This document shows, piece by piece, positions 24,901-44,500 of a stretch of 64,000 bases of DNA. The notes beneath the pieces were generated by a model, which was not told the DNA's origin, did no database searches, and was given only the letters and a program-made list of their open reading frames with translations. Each line of letters starts with the position of its first letter. The first letter of the stretch is position 1. The DNA is from Chrysomallon squamiferum. Lineage: Eukaryota > Animalia > Mollusca. Both the position numbers and the translations under genes were made by a program. The stretch covers positions 29,264,001-29,328,000 of the forward strand of contig CM022670.1 in NCBI GenBank assembly GCA_012295275.1, written 5' to 3'.

Positions 24901-27900
24901 TAATTAATAATAAATGTATGCGTTTTATAAATACAAAACAGCAATACAGAAAATGTTAAAAATACAACAGCTCATGCTTGTTGTTAAAATTAATATTAAA
25001 AAATATGTACTATCTATATAAAACCAATAATTCATGTCTGTTCTTGTAATTTATAAAGCATACAAGCCCTAAAGATTTAAATATAAAATGTTAAAAAATA
25101 CTGAAACTCATGCCTGTTATTGTAACCAACACAGTTGTAGATGTATGGACAATGATGGTCAAATTCCTTGATACAGCGGTTACAGACACGACAGTGTTTT
25201 GCTCTAATTGGTTTCACTGTCCTACATGTGTGACACAATCGACTTAAAGGATTCTTGCCCTGTTTCCACTCATCAAAGTGTGCAACCTGAAAGTGTAAAA
25301 TTTAGTCATTATTAATATTCTAAAAAATATTAGCATTTAAACACCAAGTAATTTATTGAAGATATTCTGATTTTCATATGATTACAATAAAAATTAATAA
25401 ATACATTTTTGGAAATTAGTGTCTTCAAGTTCTTAAGTACTTTAATAAGTGATTTTTTTAAAGTAATTTAACAGAGACTTGGAATTGATCTCTGTTTAAC
25501 ACCACAGACAATCAACATCTCCTTACAAAATTTAAAAAAAAAACATTTAAAAAGTTAATGAATGTTTTTTAAAACACAACCACAACCTTCACCAAAATAA
25601 TCTAGTGCCTGTTTTGTACTAGTACCTGTTTTATAGCTTGGTCATATTCGGGTATATTTCTTGGTAGAAATCCAGGATCAATTGAATTTGAATGATATAA
25701 ACAGAGCCACATAAATATGTTTGTAATTATGAAAATTATGTGTAAACTTTGCAGTTCATAAAATGTCACAGGCAAACACTGTAAAAACAAAGAAATTTTC
25801 TTTTAAGTATTAGACATGTAAATTATTTATTTTCACATCTCAAACTGGTTAAAACTATAAGTTTAAGCTCTTTCCTGCATGGATAACAAATTATATACAA
25901 CAAAATAATAACAATAACAATAACAATAACAATAATAATTATGATAAGTAATTAAATTGTTCCTGAATGTTCAAACATTTGGCTAAAACTTTCACAGATA
26001 ATGAGATATAAAGAAAAGTAATAAAAGAATAATAATAATAATAATAATAATAATCAGTACTTCAAATTAATTAATTTGAATTGTAGTTTTTATTTTAGAA
26101 ATGTTTTACCTTAATAATATACATGGGGTAACCCCACACAAGTATATTTACGAGGAAAAACAACAGTGCTCCTTTGCTGTTGCCAGGTGGTCCAAACATT
26201 ATTGCCCTGGGAAAAAAGTAATAAAAGAAAGAAATTAAAACAAAATTTTGTTCTTTTACCCACTAAATATTTTCAGTGGATGCAGAAAACCAATTTTGAA
26301 ATGTGATTATAAGTAATTATATTAATTTTCTATGTTAATGATTATACAATCTTATTAGGTGGTTTTTTTACTTGTTTTTTCAATGACTAATTCAGCAAAA
26401 CATTTTAATATATTTGATGATTTACTATGAAATTTAAATCTGAATTTCATTTTTAAAAGTTGAAAAGAGTATAAAAACATTATTACCAAATGTCTATTCT
26501 TGGAAATATGCTTGTTCTGAATTTTGATTCTTTCCTGAGATATGTCACAATATTTTCATGCTTTCTACCTGTTGCTAACATAATAGGTGTTTTGCCATTT
26601 TTGTCTGGCAAATCTATGTCAACTCCATCCTGTAATAACAAAAAGAACTAAAAATAGTTTTAAGATTTATCAGGTACAGAATTATAATTCAGAATATAAA
26701 TTTCATAAACAATTTTAATATTTTATTATCTGAAATCTATATATAAACTGAAATAAGGTTAATAAAAACAGCTATGGCATAAATTTCTTAGTTATTTTTG
26801 TATCAGTTTGGGTGAAAAGAATTTGGACCAAAATTAAAACAAGTTAATATTTTCTGACAAGCAGGGGTGGAATTACACGTATTTTTTACAATGATATAAT
26901 TCAAAAAAAAACAATGCACATGTTGCACACAATTTTGACATGTTAATGAAAAAGAAAAACAGAGACTGATTTCTCTGAACTTACTTGTTCACACAGCTCT
27001 TTCACTGCTGTGAGATTTCCATTGATACAAGCAAGATGGAGAGGTGTCTGACCATAGTGGTCCTTTTGGCGTGGATTAAACCCAGAGTAGATCAACAATC
27101 TCATTAATTCCGAATGACCTAACATACAAAGGAAAAGGTACTGTAAAATTTTCATTTACATTCTTATCAAATCTATTTTTTTATTATTAAAATGTTCTTT
27201 TAATGCAATAACTTTTTACTAAATTTACTTCTTGGGGTTATGGTCATATGCACAAGTATAATGCCCTTAGCTGAGTATATAGTTGAAAAACAAAAGAAAA
27301 CAACACTAAAATGCAATAAACACCAATATGAAAAAACCCTATTAAAATGGATGAAACACCAATAACAAAAATAATACTAAACAGTATACTGGAGCCCAAG
27401 GGTTATTCTTGGTTATTACAATGCATAATTGAATATTTTATCAATATTTGGTCAGTTCTAATAATAGCATATGAAAAAAACACTACATGTATTTTTGAGT
27501 TAAATTTCTGAAACTGTTTTCTTAGATTTATGATCTACTGCTAATAGTAACATCTCATAAAATTTAATTCTTATTCAAAGAAACTGTTTAACCAAAAACT
27601 TATTTATGAAGAAAAATGCAAACTACAACAAAAATTCAGGAGAGATTATTACTTTCTCATATATACCATTAACCCTTGAAGTAATCCAAATGTAACTTTT
27701 CTGATTAGCAATATAACATTCTTTTTATAAAAACATATCTAATTTTATTATTATTATTATCCACAAAATGTTCTGTTTGTATGTGTTATACCTTTGAATG
27801 CTGCCCAGTGTAAAGCATTATCACCATCTTTGTCTACAAGCTGCAGTCGTGCTCCTTTACCCATCAGATAGCCTGCTAACATGGTCTGCCCATACTGAGC

Positions 27901-29634
27901 TGCAACAATGAGTGGTGTGCAGCCTTTGTTGTCCATAACATCCAGTGAAACACCGACCTGCACCAGAATGTCAACAATTGCTATATGTCCATTAACACAG
28001 GCCCAGTGTATTGGATGTGCACCAAGATCATTCGCACTTGGTTCATCAACAGGTGCTTTGTTTTCAATCATGTACCGCAAAATAGTGGTGTGACCACCTA
28101 GACACACCCAGTGAGCAGGAGTGTGGCCTTTGTCATCTTTGACAGAAAAAACCTCTGGACCACGCAATTCAACCAAGGTCTGAATTGGAACAAGAAGGCT
28201 GAAAAAAAAAAAAAAAAAACATATACAGGTATTAGATTTTATAACAGACATTTCTAAATAATTAAAATTGTATTTTTCTTGGTATCACAATATATAGTTT
28301 CAAATATAACATAAATCTGAGATCTTACTGATCAATATCATTAGGCTGACCTTATATTTTAAATATTATGCTTCAGATACTTAACAAAACCAAAAGACAG
28401 AAGTCTGTTCAATCCATAATTGTTTGTTATTACAAAATAATCTGTAATTGTAAATATCTTTTTAATGAAAACTCAACAAATGTTTAAAAATATAATTTAA
28501 ATTAGCATAATGTCTGAATATGGTCAACAGAAAATTCAATTACATTTATTAGAACATAAGAAACAGTTTTATCACTAACAAAAATTACCCACAACTGTAT
28601 TACATATTTAATAAACATTCTCATAACAAAAACATCAGAAAAATGAAATTTAGTTCTATTTATAGTTTTAAAATTTAACTTTTAGTGCCACTGGAATATC
28701 TGATATAGCCATTGTCTTTTTATTTTGCAACATTCAGAAATAATGATGCAGAATTAATATTTTGTTCTGCTTTTTTTGCTGTTTTTTAAATATTCCAGTC
28801 TTTCATGCAATTTTCCTTAGGTTTAACAATGCACATAGCTTGAATAGATAGTAATCTGGAATATAAATATATAATTATTAAAAAAATAATAATAATAAAA
28901 GTGTCATGTATGTCACATTTTAATCAAACAAATTAAATTAATCATGCATACAAATATTGTTTCTTCATATTTAAAAAAAAAAATTAAATAACATACTGAC
29001 ATTATTTTGGCAATTGTTTTGCCCAGTTCATTTTAATATTTAATTATTAGTTTTATTTACCATTGGCACTGGTTATTAAAATGATAGTTAACCTTTCACT
29101 TTTTCCCATTTATTATTATTATTTGATAATAAAATAAATACAAAATTAATAGCCCATACTAGTGATTAACTGAATAATTGAACTGATTACTGCTAGCAGT
29201 TATGAGTTATGTAGATCTTGAAATTCAGAAATATGAAAAATTCAGCCAAACAGCTGCTTCATGTCGACTGTTTATTATTACACGGAAATAGAAATTACGT
29301 TACTTAATTAAGCTGATGAAATTAAATGTTTTAATAAATTATTTTATTAAATGAAATAAATAAATAAAACAAATAAACAAATAATTTCAAAATCCAAAGA
29401 CGTTTAAACATGTACAAACACAAGTAAACAACATCATGACTTAAATGATAAGAATGAGCCAGAACTAGTTCGTGAACTTATGATATTTTACCCAGCTTTG
29501 ATAGCATCAAATATAGGATCACATTTTTGCCCTTCATTACTAGTTTTTCCTTCCAAAAATCTCTTTTCCCCGGGTGCCAACTGTTCTGTTGGCGCCTGCA
29601 TATCTGAAATTTTCGACCCATGCAACGCCGACAT
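21910..29634 (-). CDS. Ankyrin-repeat DHHC palmitoyltransferase (ZDHHC13/17/AKR1/Patsas-like superfamily)
   Basis: Exons 29634-29492 (gccaaaATG), 28198-27792, 27118-26985, 26629-26487, 26206-26110, 25778-25626, 25286-25114 (GC donor), [23528-23363 or 22911-22737], 22104-21910. Ankyrin motifs GHTPAHW, HPIHWAC, GCTPLIVAA, GDNALHWAA, GQTPLHLAC, GKTPIMLA; DPG motif; DHHC cysteine-rich domain CHTCRTVKPIRAKHCRVCNRCIKEFDHHCPYIYNCVGYNN; NLTTNE (TTxE) and NPFDRG...N (PaCCT) motifs. Confidence 0.95.
22737..22911 (-). CDS. DHHC alternative exon 8b (post-DHHC transmembrane helices)
   Basis: ttccag|A ATT TCA...TTT GTG|gtaaga, 175 nt, phase 2 to 0, (R)ISFTLFVIFTGINLSLSLTLGIYTLHFYENWVMRADYYFYILLCAFYTIIALYIAGFV. 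Confidence 0.82.
23363..23528 (-). CDS. DHHC alternative exon 8a (post-DHHC transmembrane helices)
   Basis: ttgtag|G GTA TGG...ATG ACG|gtaaga, 166 nt, phase 2 to 0, (R)VWFFGFLLTIFIEVLITDYLCCYMLTKHSWDWAIAIGGLEVLFFSFAIVVVFWMT. Confidence 0.85.
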
Positions 29635-29920
29635 TTTGGCCTGCAAGGAAACATAGACTGGCTCCAAACCCATTAAACCTTGCCATGTTGCCAAGATCAT
29701 GCAACACAATTGCACATTTCAGTCTATTATAGTTTGTTACGTTACTTAGGAAAATTATCGCTACATTTCCACTTAGTTTAATAAACAGGTCTTTAATATA
29801 TATTGTATTTCTGAATAATTTATAACATTGGAAACAAAGTCACTTTATCAAAAAGGTCGCTATTTACATTATAGTTTATCTTGTTTTATTTTTTATTTTT
29901 TTTAGTTAGGTGAGGGTGTA

Positions 29921-30019
<99 letters not shown>

Positions 30020-30033
30020 TAAATAATAATAAT
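29921..30033. repeat. (AAT)n microsatellite
   Basis: Long, near-perfect AAT run upstream of the DHHC gene. Confidence 0.9.
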
Positions 30034-30448
30034 AGAAAACAGTTTCAGATCTGATTTTTCTCATCAAATTTTAAACACACACATGGGACCGTAAATTAAA
30101 GTTTACTATGATAATGGGTAACTTCATAATCATACTAATAAATTGAATCAGAAATTAATTGTTAGTAGATATAATTAGAGTGTTGTTTTTTTTAAATTTT
30201 ATTTTTGATTTTTTTTTTTAGTGGTTGGGTTAAAATAATTTCTTAAAGATGCAGACTATAATTAACCGTTTAGTTTGTTGAATAGATTTACTCCTCTTAA
30301 AAAATGTTCGTAGGCAGTCTCTTTTGGAAGATAAAGGCATGTTAGACCAAGTCCATGATTTCAGTGATCTTTCTGAATCCCCTTCCACAACAACCATGAT
30401 TGAATGCTGGTCAGCTATAATATAACGTAATATATAATATAACGTGTG

Positions 30449-30452
<4 letters not shown>

Positions 30453-30534
<82 letters not shown>
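30453..30534. repeat. Compound (TG)n(AG)n microsatellite
   Basis: TG run fused to AG run. Confidence 0.95.
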
Positions 30535-30536
<2 letters not shown>

Positions 30537-31167
30537 GTTTATTGCGCAAAGGAATATTTTAAAAATGAAGGAAGAAAAAATAGAAAGAACAAATAAAAAA
30601 AAAACACCTTTAAAATGAATACAAGCATTATTGATCTGTAGTTTACCATCTCATGTTTCAATCATAACAGCGAAATCCAACCGTGCATAGAGAAGCCGTC
30701 AGTTAGTTTTCTGTACTTTTAATATCGTGTTTACATATTGATTTTGATGGAACTGATGGCCCATCAAAGTCCATTCTGAATATTTACTGCCATTCCGATC
30801 TATTTATGATCATAATGGTGCGTTATCTATGAATGTTTGCATAACATTATATATTTAATAGCAACTAAAAACAAAACTGGCAGTTTTCCGATTGCTATAA
30901 CATACATACATACATACATGCACACATATATGCATACATCCTCATAAAGACATATATGTCCGTACACTCATACACACATATATATACATGCATACATACA
31001 CATTACACACATACATACGTATATATACTGGAACGAAATATCTTAAAAATAAGTCATGTGCAGTATGATGTGTTTATGAAGGGTTTCAGGATGTGATGTA
31101 TAAACCCCATTTCTAGCCATATTTACATTTTTGCAATGTAAACATACGTACAAATATGCGATAGAGT

Positions 31168-31175
31168 TGACGTCA

Positions 31176-31262
<87 letters not shown>

Positions 31263-31480
31263 ATGAAACGGTTCATAAAATATAATTTTGATTATCTAAA
31301 AATAAGTTAATTTTACTGATAGAAAGGTATTTAGACATTATAATTACACTGATTCATCACGTAGTTTCCTGTAATCTTTACAAATGTAACGAACTGAATT
31401 ACTGTAACGATATATCTAAACCAATATGACGTCATTTATAAATATGTACTTTAAACTCACTGAAACCACCTGTTCCCGCC
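31168..31480. promoter_or_regulatory. Candidate promoter/enhancer between the divergent DHHC and RBX1 genes
   Basis: Two perfect CRE palindromes TGACGTCA (31168-31175, 31427-31434), CCAAT at 31421, TATAAATA at 31437, E2F-like TTCCCGCC at about 31473. Confidence 0.4.
31177..31259. repeat. Compound (TG)n(AG)n microsatellite
   Basis: TG run fused to a long AG run. Confidence 0.95.
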
Positions 31481-32009
31481 ATCAACAAAATGCTGTAAAT
31501 GGTAGAATATTCTGGTTAACAGTTGTTCAGATTTTTGGTGATATGTATATATATATATATATATTTATACACGCTAAGTATATGATCAAGGGATTCCTGG
31601 AATAATAATAATAATAACGACATTTTTATTTTGCATGTGATGATGCATAACATTTTTGAAACAAAAATAATTTTGTTTATGAAAAAATACAGAACATCCT
31701 TAATTAATATTTATATTTAGCCTTTATTAAATTTTTATTAATTGGCCGATATTAATAAATACAACAAAGAAATTTAGATGATTTTGTAACATCAGTAAGT
31801 TATAGGACTGGTAGTTTACGGTTGGTTTCGGTTTCTTTGGGATAAAGGACAGGCCTGCACGAGACCGAAAATGGAATGTTTTGTTTTAAAGGCGCGCAAT
31901 ATTTGAAAAACAATAACATCAGTGAGCTAATTGAATGTTGAAAAATGTTGAACAACATATAAATGTCTAATTACTTTGTCTAGATACTTTGTAATATTTT
32001 AAATATAGG

Positions 32010-32054
<45 letters not shown>

Positions 32055-32624
32055 GATTAGAAAAAAAATAATGGAGAATTTATAGTTTTTGTTATATATT
32101 GTCATAATTGAAGTGTAGGCCTATACTGCATATTTAATGATTATAGAATTATATATATATATATATATAAATTATATGCTTAATGGTAAACTGAATTAAA
32201 ATATGGCTTTTTAAAAATATATATTTATTTATTTGCAGTTCTTAACAAGTTATATAAAACTGATATAAAATTTATAGTCGAACATATATTATTTTATTTT
32301 ATTCTTCACAATGAAGCAACATGAGAAAAATAAATAATGCTTATTTCTGATCTTGATAATTAATTATAAAAAAAAAAAAAAAATTAAATTCTACCAGATC
32401 CATATAAAATTATATTTTATGAATACATTACGTAAACAAGATACATTTTTACAAAACACAGGTATGTATTCTGCTTTTAACAATTTAACTAAAGACTGTA
32501 ATCTCAGTAAGGAAATAGCTTTGGATGCATTTTTCTTGGAGCGAAATATTAAGGTAGGCTCCCTTTACCATTGCAAAACTCGATTATCCAAACCGTCAAA
32601 CAGTAATAGAAACTAAGGAAAAAA

Positions 32625-38405
<5,781 letters not shown>

Positions 38406-40031
38406 TAACAATCTAAAAAGGCTGTTCTTAATGTGGGTTCACTCACTGGAAAAACAACACAAATATTTGTTTACTATTTGCTATTATCTAGGAAATATTT
38501 CTCAGGTAAATTAATAAAAGATGAAAGGTTTAAAATAAAAGTAAAATTGATTTATTTAAAAATTTTGTTAATCAGTGATCAAGGTTACCTTCATTTACCT
38601 TCATTTGTTAATATTACATAGACATTTCAAAACATTTACACGCTGCCACATAAATCTACATTTAATGTGTACCAAGAAGCAGATTACAGAAAGAAAAAGA
38701 ATGAACAGATTTACAATAAGTGGAATTAATATACTTGTGGAAAAATGAACCTCCTGCAAAATACAGTGTGAAAAGTTTGTAGTGAAAACTTCTGACAAAG
38801 ATTGAATATGTCAGATGAAAAATAAAAAAAGTCAGTTTTTAAATTTTAAATGTTTTATTATTATTATTATTAGTTTGTTTTACAATATTCACTGAATAAA
38901 TAAGTTTCATCTTTACACAAGATTTAATTTTTAGGTTTGTGATATGTTTTGTGTCTTATTTTTGACTATTAATTATTCTGTTCTAATTGTTATTAATGTA
39001 AAAAGAAATTTGTAAATTACACAAATATTTATTATAATTCACTGTTACCAAAAATATTTAGTTGTCAAACTGAATATGTCAAACGTTTAGATCTGTATGC
39101 AATATGCTTTTTATTGACATAATAAGCTGCATTGTGCTTTTAAGCTTCTCATTTGTTGTTATAGACATAATAATAATATCGGGTGACTAGTGATAGTTAT
39201 GAAGATTCCTTTATAACAGTGAAATTGATATATAATCTCATTTCTGTTTTATTCATTAACACATTTTACTAAATGTTAATATGCTCATAAATTACATGCT
39301 AGGATCACAAAGATTGATATTATGTGAGGTTTTATTTTTTTAAATTTAGTTTTTTAGGTATCTTTATTGAGTTACAAACATCTGCTACTGATAGCTGTTA
39401 GTCTGGTACTATTACACAATTCATATAAATAAAGTTATAAATATTATAGCTATTTTATCATCAAGTTTCATCAGACATGTTACAAACTTTACAAACTTCT
39501 CTTTTTTTTTAAAAAGAAATAACATTTTAAAGGAAAATATTTTTGTGAAAAAGAAATTAATTACAAGAACATTTCATAGTTACTTACAGTTTTTACAAGG
39601 ATTAGATAAATCTGCTAACTTTTCACCATAAGCAAAATTTGAAAACATCTCTAGAGTGTTGTACTAAATTTATCAGATATCTTTAAAAAAAAAAAAATAT
39701 GTCTACATGATTATAAAAATTCTAATTACTGTAATATAACAAGTCATCAACATGCCTTTGTTGATACACTGAAATATATTAAAAAAAATTAAATTCAAAG
39801 TTAAAGACATATTTTATAGTTAAAAAATGTACGTTGTTATGTACAGAAAATTGATTTAGCCTAAATATTAAAATATAACAAATATAATAAAATATTAGTT
39901 CTATCACAGTCTCAGTTTACTTTTATGTAATAGTATTAATATTAAAATAACAAATTAATTATCAGACAATTCAGATGTAAAATTTAACAAAGCAATAAAA
40001 TTAATATTGTTTTTGACATTTCTTTTTATCA

Positions 40032-41468
40032 TTAAAATTTTGCTTGATTTTCTACTTTAGTAGTAAAAGAGAAAGGTACAAGTCTTTTGAAGACTATACA
40101 TATTCCTATGATGGTGAGGATAATGACACCACAGTCAGTGGCAAAAGTCACTCTTGGCCCGTACGCAGTGTAGATCTGTGACACAAAGATTGGTCCTACT
40201 GTTCTTGCTAAACTTCCAGATGCTGTGAGCCATCCCATCCATGTACCCTGCAATATAAATATGAAACAAACTAAGATTATATTTCAGATGGGTCAATAAA
40301 TTAAAAAAATTGTGAGTTTAAAAAACACTAAAAATCAGTTTTAAAAATAAAATTATAATCTTCTCTCCTTTTTTTTTAACATGACATTTAAAAAATAAGT
40401 ATTTATTCGGCTATTTAATTTTAAGAAAAATAGAAAATAGAAGTTCAGCTCAAGTTGTCAGAATAAATAAAGCAAGCATCTATTATTAATATATTTCAAC
40501 TGTTACACTTTACCCGAATTTTTTTAATATTTAGATGCTCAGAAGCAGTTTGGATTGTGCCTTGATAGTGGTTTATAATTTGTATGGTGGAATAACCGAA
40601 CCACTGGATAACATCTTGATTTTTAAGTAATAAAATAAAATTGGTCCACCCATAGCTGTACTTTCATTTAATCAAATGTACAATCCACTACTATCATTTA
40701 TTTTTAGGTAAGTAAATGAGAAAAGAACAAGTTGAAATGTGGCATTAAAAAATATGATACCTGAGGTTTTGGCCCCAGAATTTTTGAATAAATTGTGTAC
40801 ATCATCACACTGGTACAAGGATAACCAGCAGAAATGAGGACAACTCCACTAAGATATTGAGCCAGATATATTCTTGGTGTATGGTTGCACCATTCCATGG
40901 TTGAAGGACATCCTTCAGGTTCTATGGTTGTAACTGTCTTTTCAGTCGTTGCATTTACATCTGTGCCATGAATACCAGAGCTTATCATTGCAGAACTGAT
41001 TACAGTAGTGTTCATCTTTGAATTTTCATTCCATTGCAGGGTACTATTAATTGTCATAGTTTCAGTTGTTGGTACCAGGGACCAGGCTTTTGATATTTCT
41101 GTTGCTCCAGTTGTAGAATCACTGACTATCACTGTGAAATAAAACCATCTCAAAACAGAACATTTCTGAATTGAAACAACTATTATTGTTACATTAATAT
41201 TTTGCATACTGATCTGTTTATTAATATGACTTGTAATATTCTTAAATTTTTTAAAAGACTGCATACATCATTATTTATTCTGAATAGATAATTCACAAAT
41301 TAAAAAACATTGAACTCAAAAACAAATCTACTGTATTAGCTGCAAACATTTCAGAGAATGGCATTCTTTGATTTTGTTTCATTAACATACCAAACTCAGT
41401 TTTAAAAGAATTATTAAAAAAAAACAATTTTTCTGTATTTTCTTAAGTCAAAAGCAATGATTACATTG

Positions 41469-41503
<35 letters not shown>

Positions 41504-44500
41504 CATTTTTTTTAATTCAATATTTTGTATTCTTTTTTACTTTATGAACAGGGGCACTAGGACCAAAATGGTACATGTTTCCCATTTGAGATCATATTTA
41601 TTGGTAATTATAGATGAACCAATTGCACATGGACTGACATCCAACATTAAGTACACAGTCACATTATTCATCTTTTAGCACAGCAGTACTTAATAAACAA
41701 TACCTAATACCAAGCAAATGGTATCAGATTGAAACCCAAAGTCATTATTTCACAGAATTACTGTTTTATTTCTGTGAACTGGTGACATGAGACAAATGGA
41801 AAATGACAATTACTAGAAGGTGACAAGACTGGTGCACTGTGTGAAGTAAAATAAAGCAACAATCAATTAAAATATCAAGCACTGGTGTCTGGTTTTCTGG
41901 TTGCAGCCAGCATAGTGCTTATCCATTAGCTCAATCAAATGATTCAGAGCATGATAGGCTCTGAGCCTACATTGTTGGAAATGATACTGACGATACTTAG
42001 TTATTCCATTTATTACAATTTGATTATGATTTCATGTTCTGAATCATAAAGTCCAGTTGTTTCTCAAATCCTTTTAAAAATTCCCATGCATTGTTGCAAT
42101 ACATCCCACCCCTTTTCCTTAGTGAATCAACTAGATATAAGCATTAAAACCAGCTATCAGATGTAATGTGATATGGCAGGTCTTTGAGTCTGATACATCT
42201 AGTACCTCAGATCCACACATGCAAAATCTGGAGTAATTGGTAGATGTTCCATATATATAAAAAAATATTTTAATTTAAAATAAACTGATGTAAATAACAC
42301 CTTTCTGACTACAAGGTCAATATTAAAAAAGTTAAAATAAAGTTGAGAAACCTACATGCTGGACTACGAATAGGCAGCTGATTACCCCATGGCAGAAATA
42401 CAAAGTATCCCAGCAGGCAAACAATAAATCCACCAATCAGTAGGAAACGTTCATTAATTCTAAAAAACAAACAAAAAAAACAACAATTTAATAAATTATT
42501 TTAGAAGAAAAATACAACTTCAGTAAATATTGCTAACAACAGTTAATGAAATATAATGCTGAGGTAATTATCTGTTTAGGTTTACAATTTGATTAAACAC
42601 AGTCCATTTGACACATATATTTTAGATAATTTATGAAAAAAAAATGATAAAACTAATCAGCCCTTGGATTAAGTTCATATCTTATAAGATTCATCCAGCT
42701 GAAATTCTTGTTATATTATTGATATTTTGTACTGTTACTGCAATTTCATTGATAAAATAGTGTATCTCAAAATAGATCAAACTTTGTTTTAACCATGATT
42801 TGCAAGTGTACATGGATGTGTTTGTATTTGTATGTATATGTCTGTGTATGTAAATGGAACATACTTAATTATAAATTCTTTAAAAAGTAGCTAAGTTACA
42901 AATCTCTAGGCCATTTATCTTTATTTTCTTTATAAATATATTTAGTTTTACATCTTTAACAGAAAATTATGGGAAAATATTTTCTTTTTACTTAAAATAT
43001 CAAACAAATTTTTTTCTGCAGTCAAAAGCTGATAAAATATTCACCTTTTTGACAGGAATTTCAGACTAGTGAATACAACAATGGCTTCTACTCCAGCAGT
43101 TGCTAGAATGATTCCATTGTATAATGTTGCTTTATCCTTAGGCCATGCAAATTCATTCATTGACAATGGAGTGGCAATCCTTTGAAAGCATGATACAGAG
43201 AGAGAAAAAAGATGTTTATATATAATTATTTTATTATTACTTTTTCACTGTTTATGTCACATACATTTATTCCTGAATTATTATTATTATTTTTTTTTAA
43301 TATGAAGCATAAAATTATATTTGAAATGTTTTTCTATCATGTATAATTTTTAGGCATGTGTATTAACGAATATTCAAAATTATGCACACCAGTAATATGA
43401 CACCACTTTTTAAACAACATTTATAATAAAGCACTTCAAATAATAGCATGAGTATACACTGAAAAAAATAGAAAACACAAAAAAATATGTGCTTTGTATG
43501 AACATTTACTTTGTTAAGCTTCAATTATTTTCATTTTGCTTGAAAATTTACTTACGTTTCAAATACTGTGAAAATAAAAAGAACCACAAAGAACACAGAT
43601 ATGGATGCTACAACAGCCACATAATCAGGAGTGTATGGTGGAATGATTTCCTCATAGCCTGAAAATAAATATTAAAGTGTAACTTTGGTGACATAAATAC
43701 ATTATGCTTACAAGTTATAATTTATTTCTAACTTGTACTCTGATTAACAGTGTATGCATACCCATACACACCAAACACACATAATTTATTATCAGAAAAG
43801 ATTGCTTCCTTGAGAAATTTAACATAATTACATGGATCTGAAGATTATAGAATGTAATTCATTAAGCAAAACAAAAACAAAAATTGTTTGTTGGATCATG
43901 TAACACTGTTATTTAAAATAATTGAGAATAATGTAAGTCCCAAACTGAATTATTGGGGGAAAAAAATGTTTAGGGAAAGTATAATCTTACTGTTGTCCTG
44001 AATGCTGGAATTGATGCAACTCTCCTTTTCTACAAGCCTGTGCTCTCTAAAGATAACAAACAACAACACAAGGTTGATTAAGCTCAGGGTGGCTCCAAAG
44101 AATCCTGGTGATGTGTACATGTCAAAATGAAACCAGTCACTGTGTACAGGACCAGGATGCCCCAAAGGAACTAAAGCTGCCTGGATTGCTGCAAGTTAAT
44201 GTACACAGGCAGTCAGTTTTTTTCTCAGGCTTAATGACATAATGAGAGGAAAATTTATCTAAATGAAAAATATCTTCATTTGCTTTATTTATTTTAATAA
44301 TTTATTTTTTGGATAGTTAAAATAAAAATATTGACACCAAATAGGTAATTTATTTTCTCAAATATTAATTAAATTTAAAGTATTGTTTAATTATTTATAT
44401 TATTAAGAATTGGTCATTATTCTACTAATATTAAAGTGGTCAGTCATATATAATGCAAAATATACTGACATCCATCTACAATAATGAAATACAAGTTTAA

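Noticed and set aside
27908-28093. Plus-strand 61 aa ORF
   Set aside because: Antisense shadow of the ankyrin exon
29635-29715. Upstream N-terminal extension of the DHHC ORF in the track
   Set aside because: gccaaaATG at 29634 has the best context and the extension is not recognisable, though in-frame upstream ATGs cannot be excluded
30746-30773. Imperfect palindrome ATGGAACTGATGGCCCATCAAAGTCCAT as a miRNA
   Set aside because: Too short, and the loop too tight, for a pre-miRNA
41740-42260. GC-richer patches in an MFSD8 intron as extra exons
   Set aside because: No stop-free phase 1-1 segment with good splice sites found; flanking exons join directly
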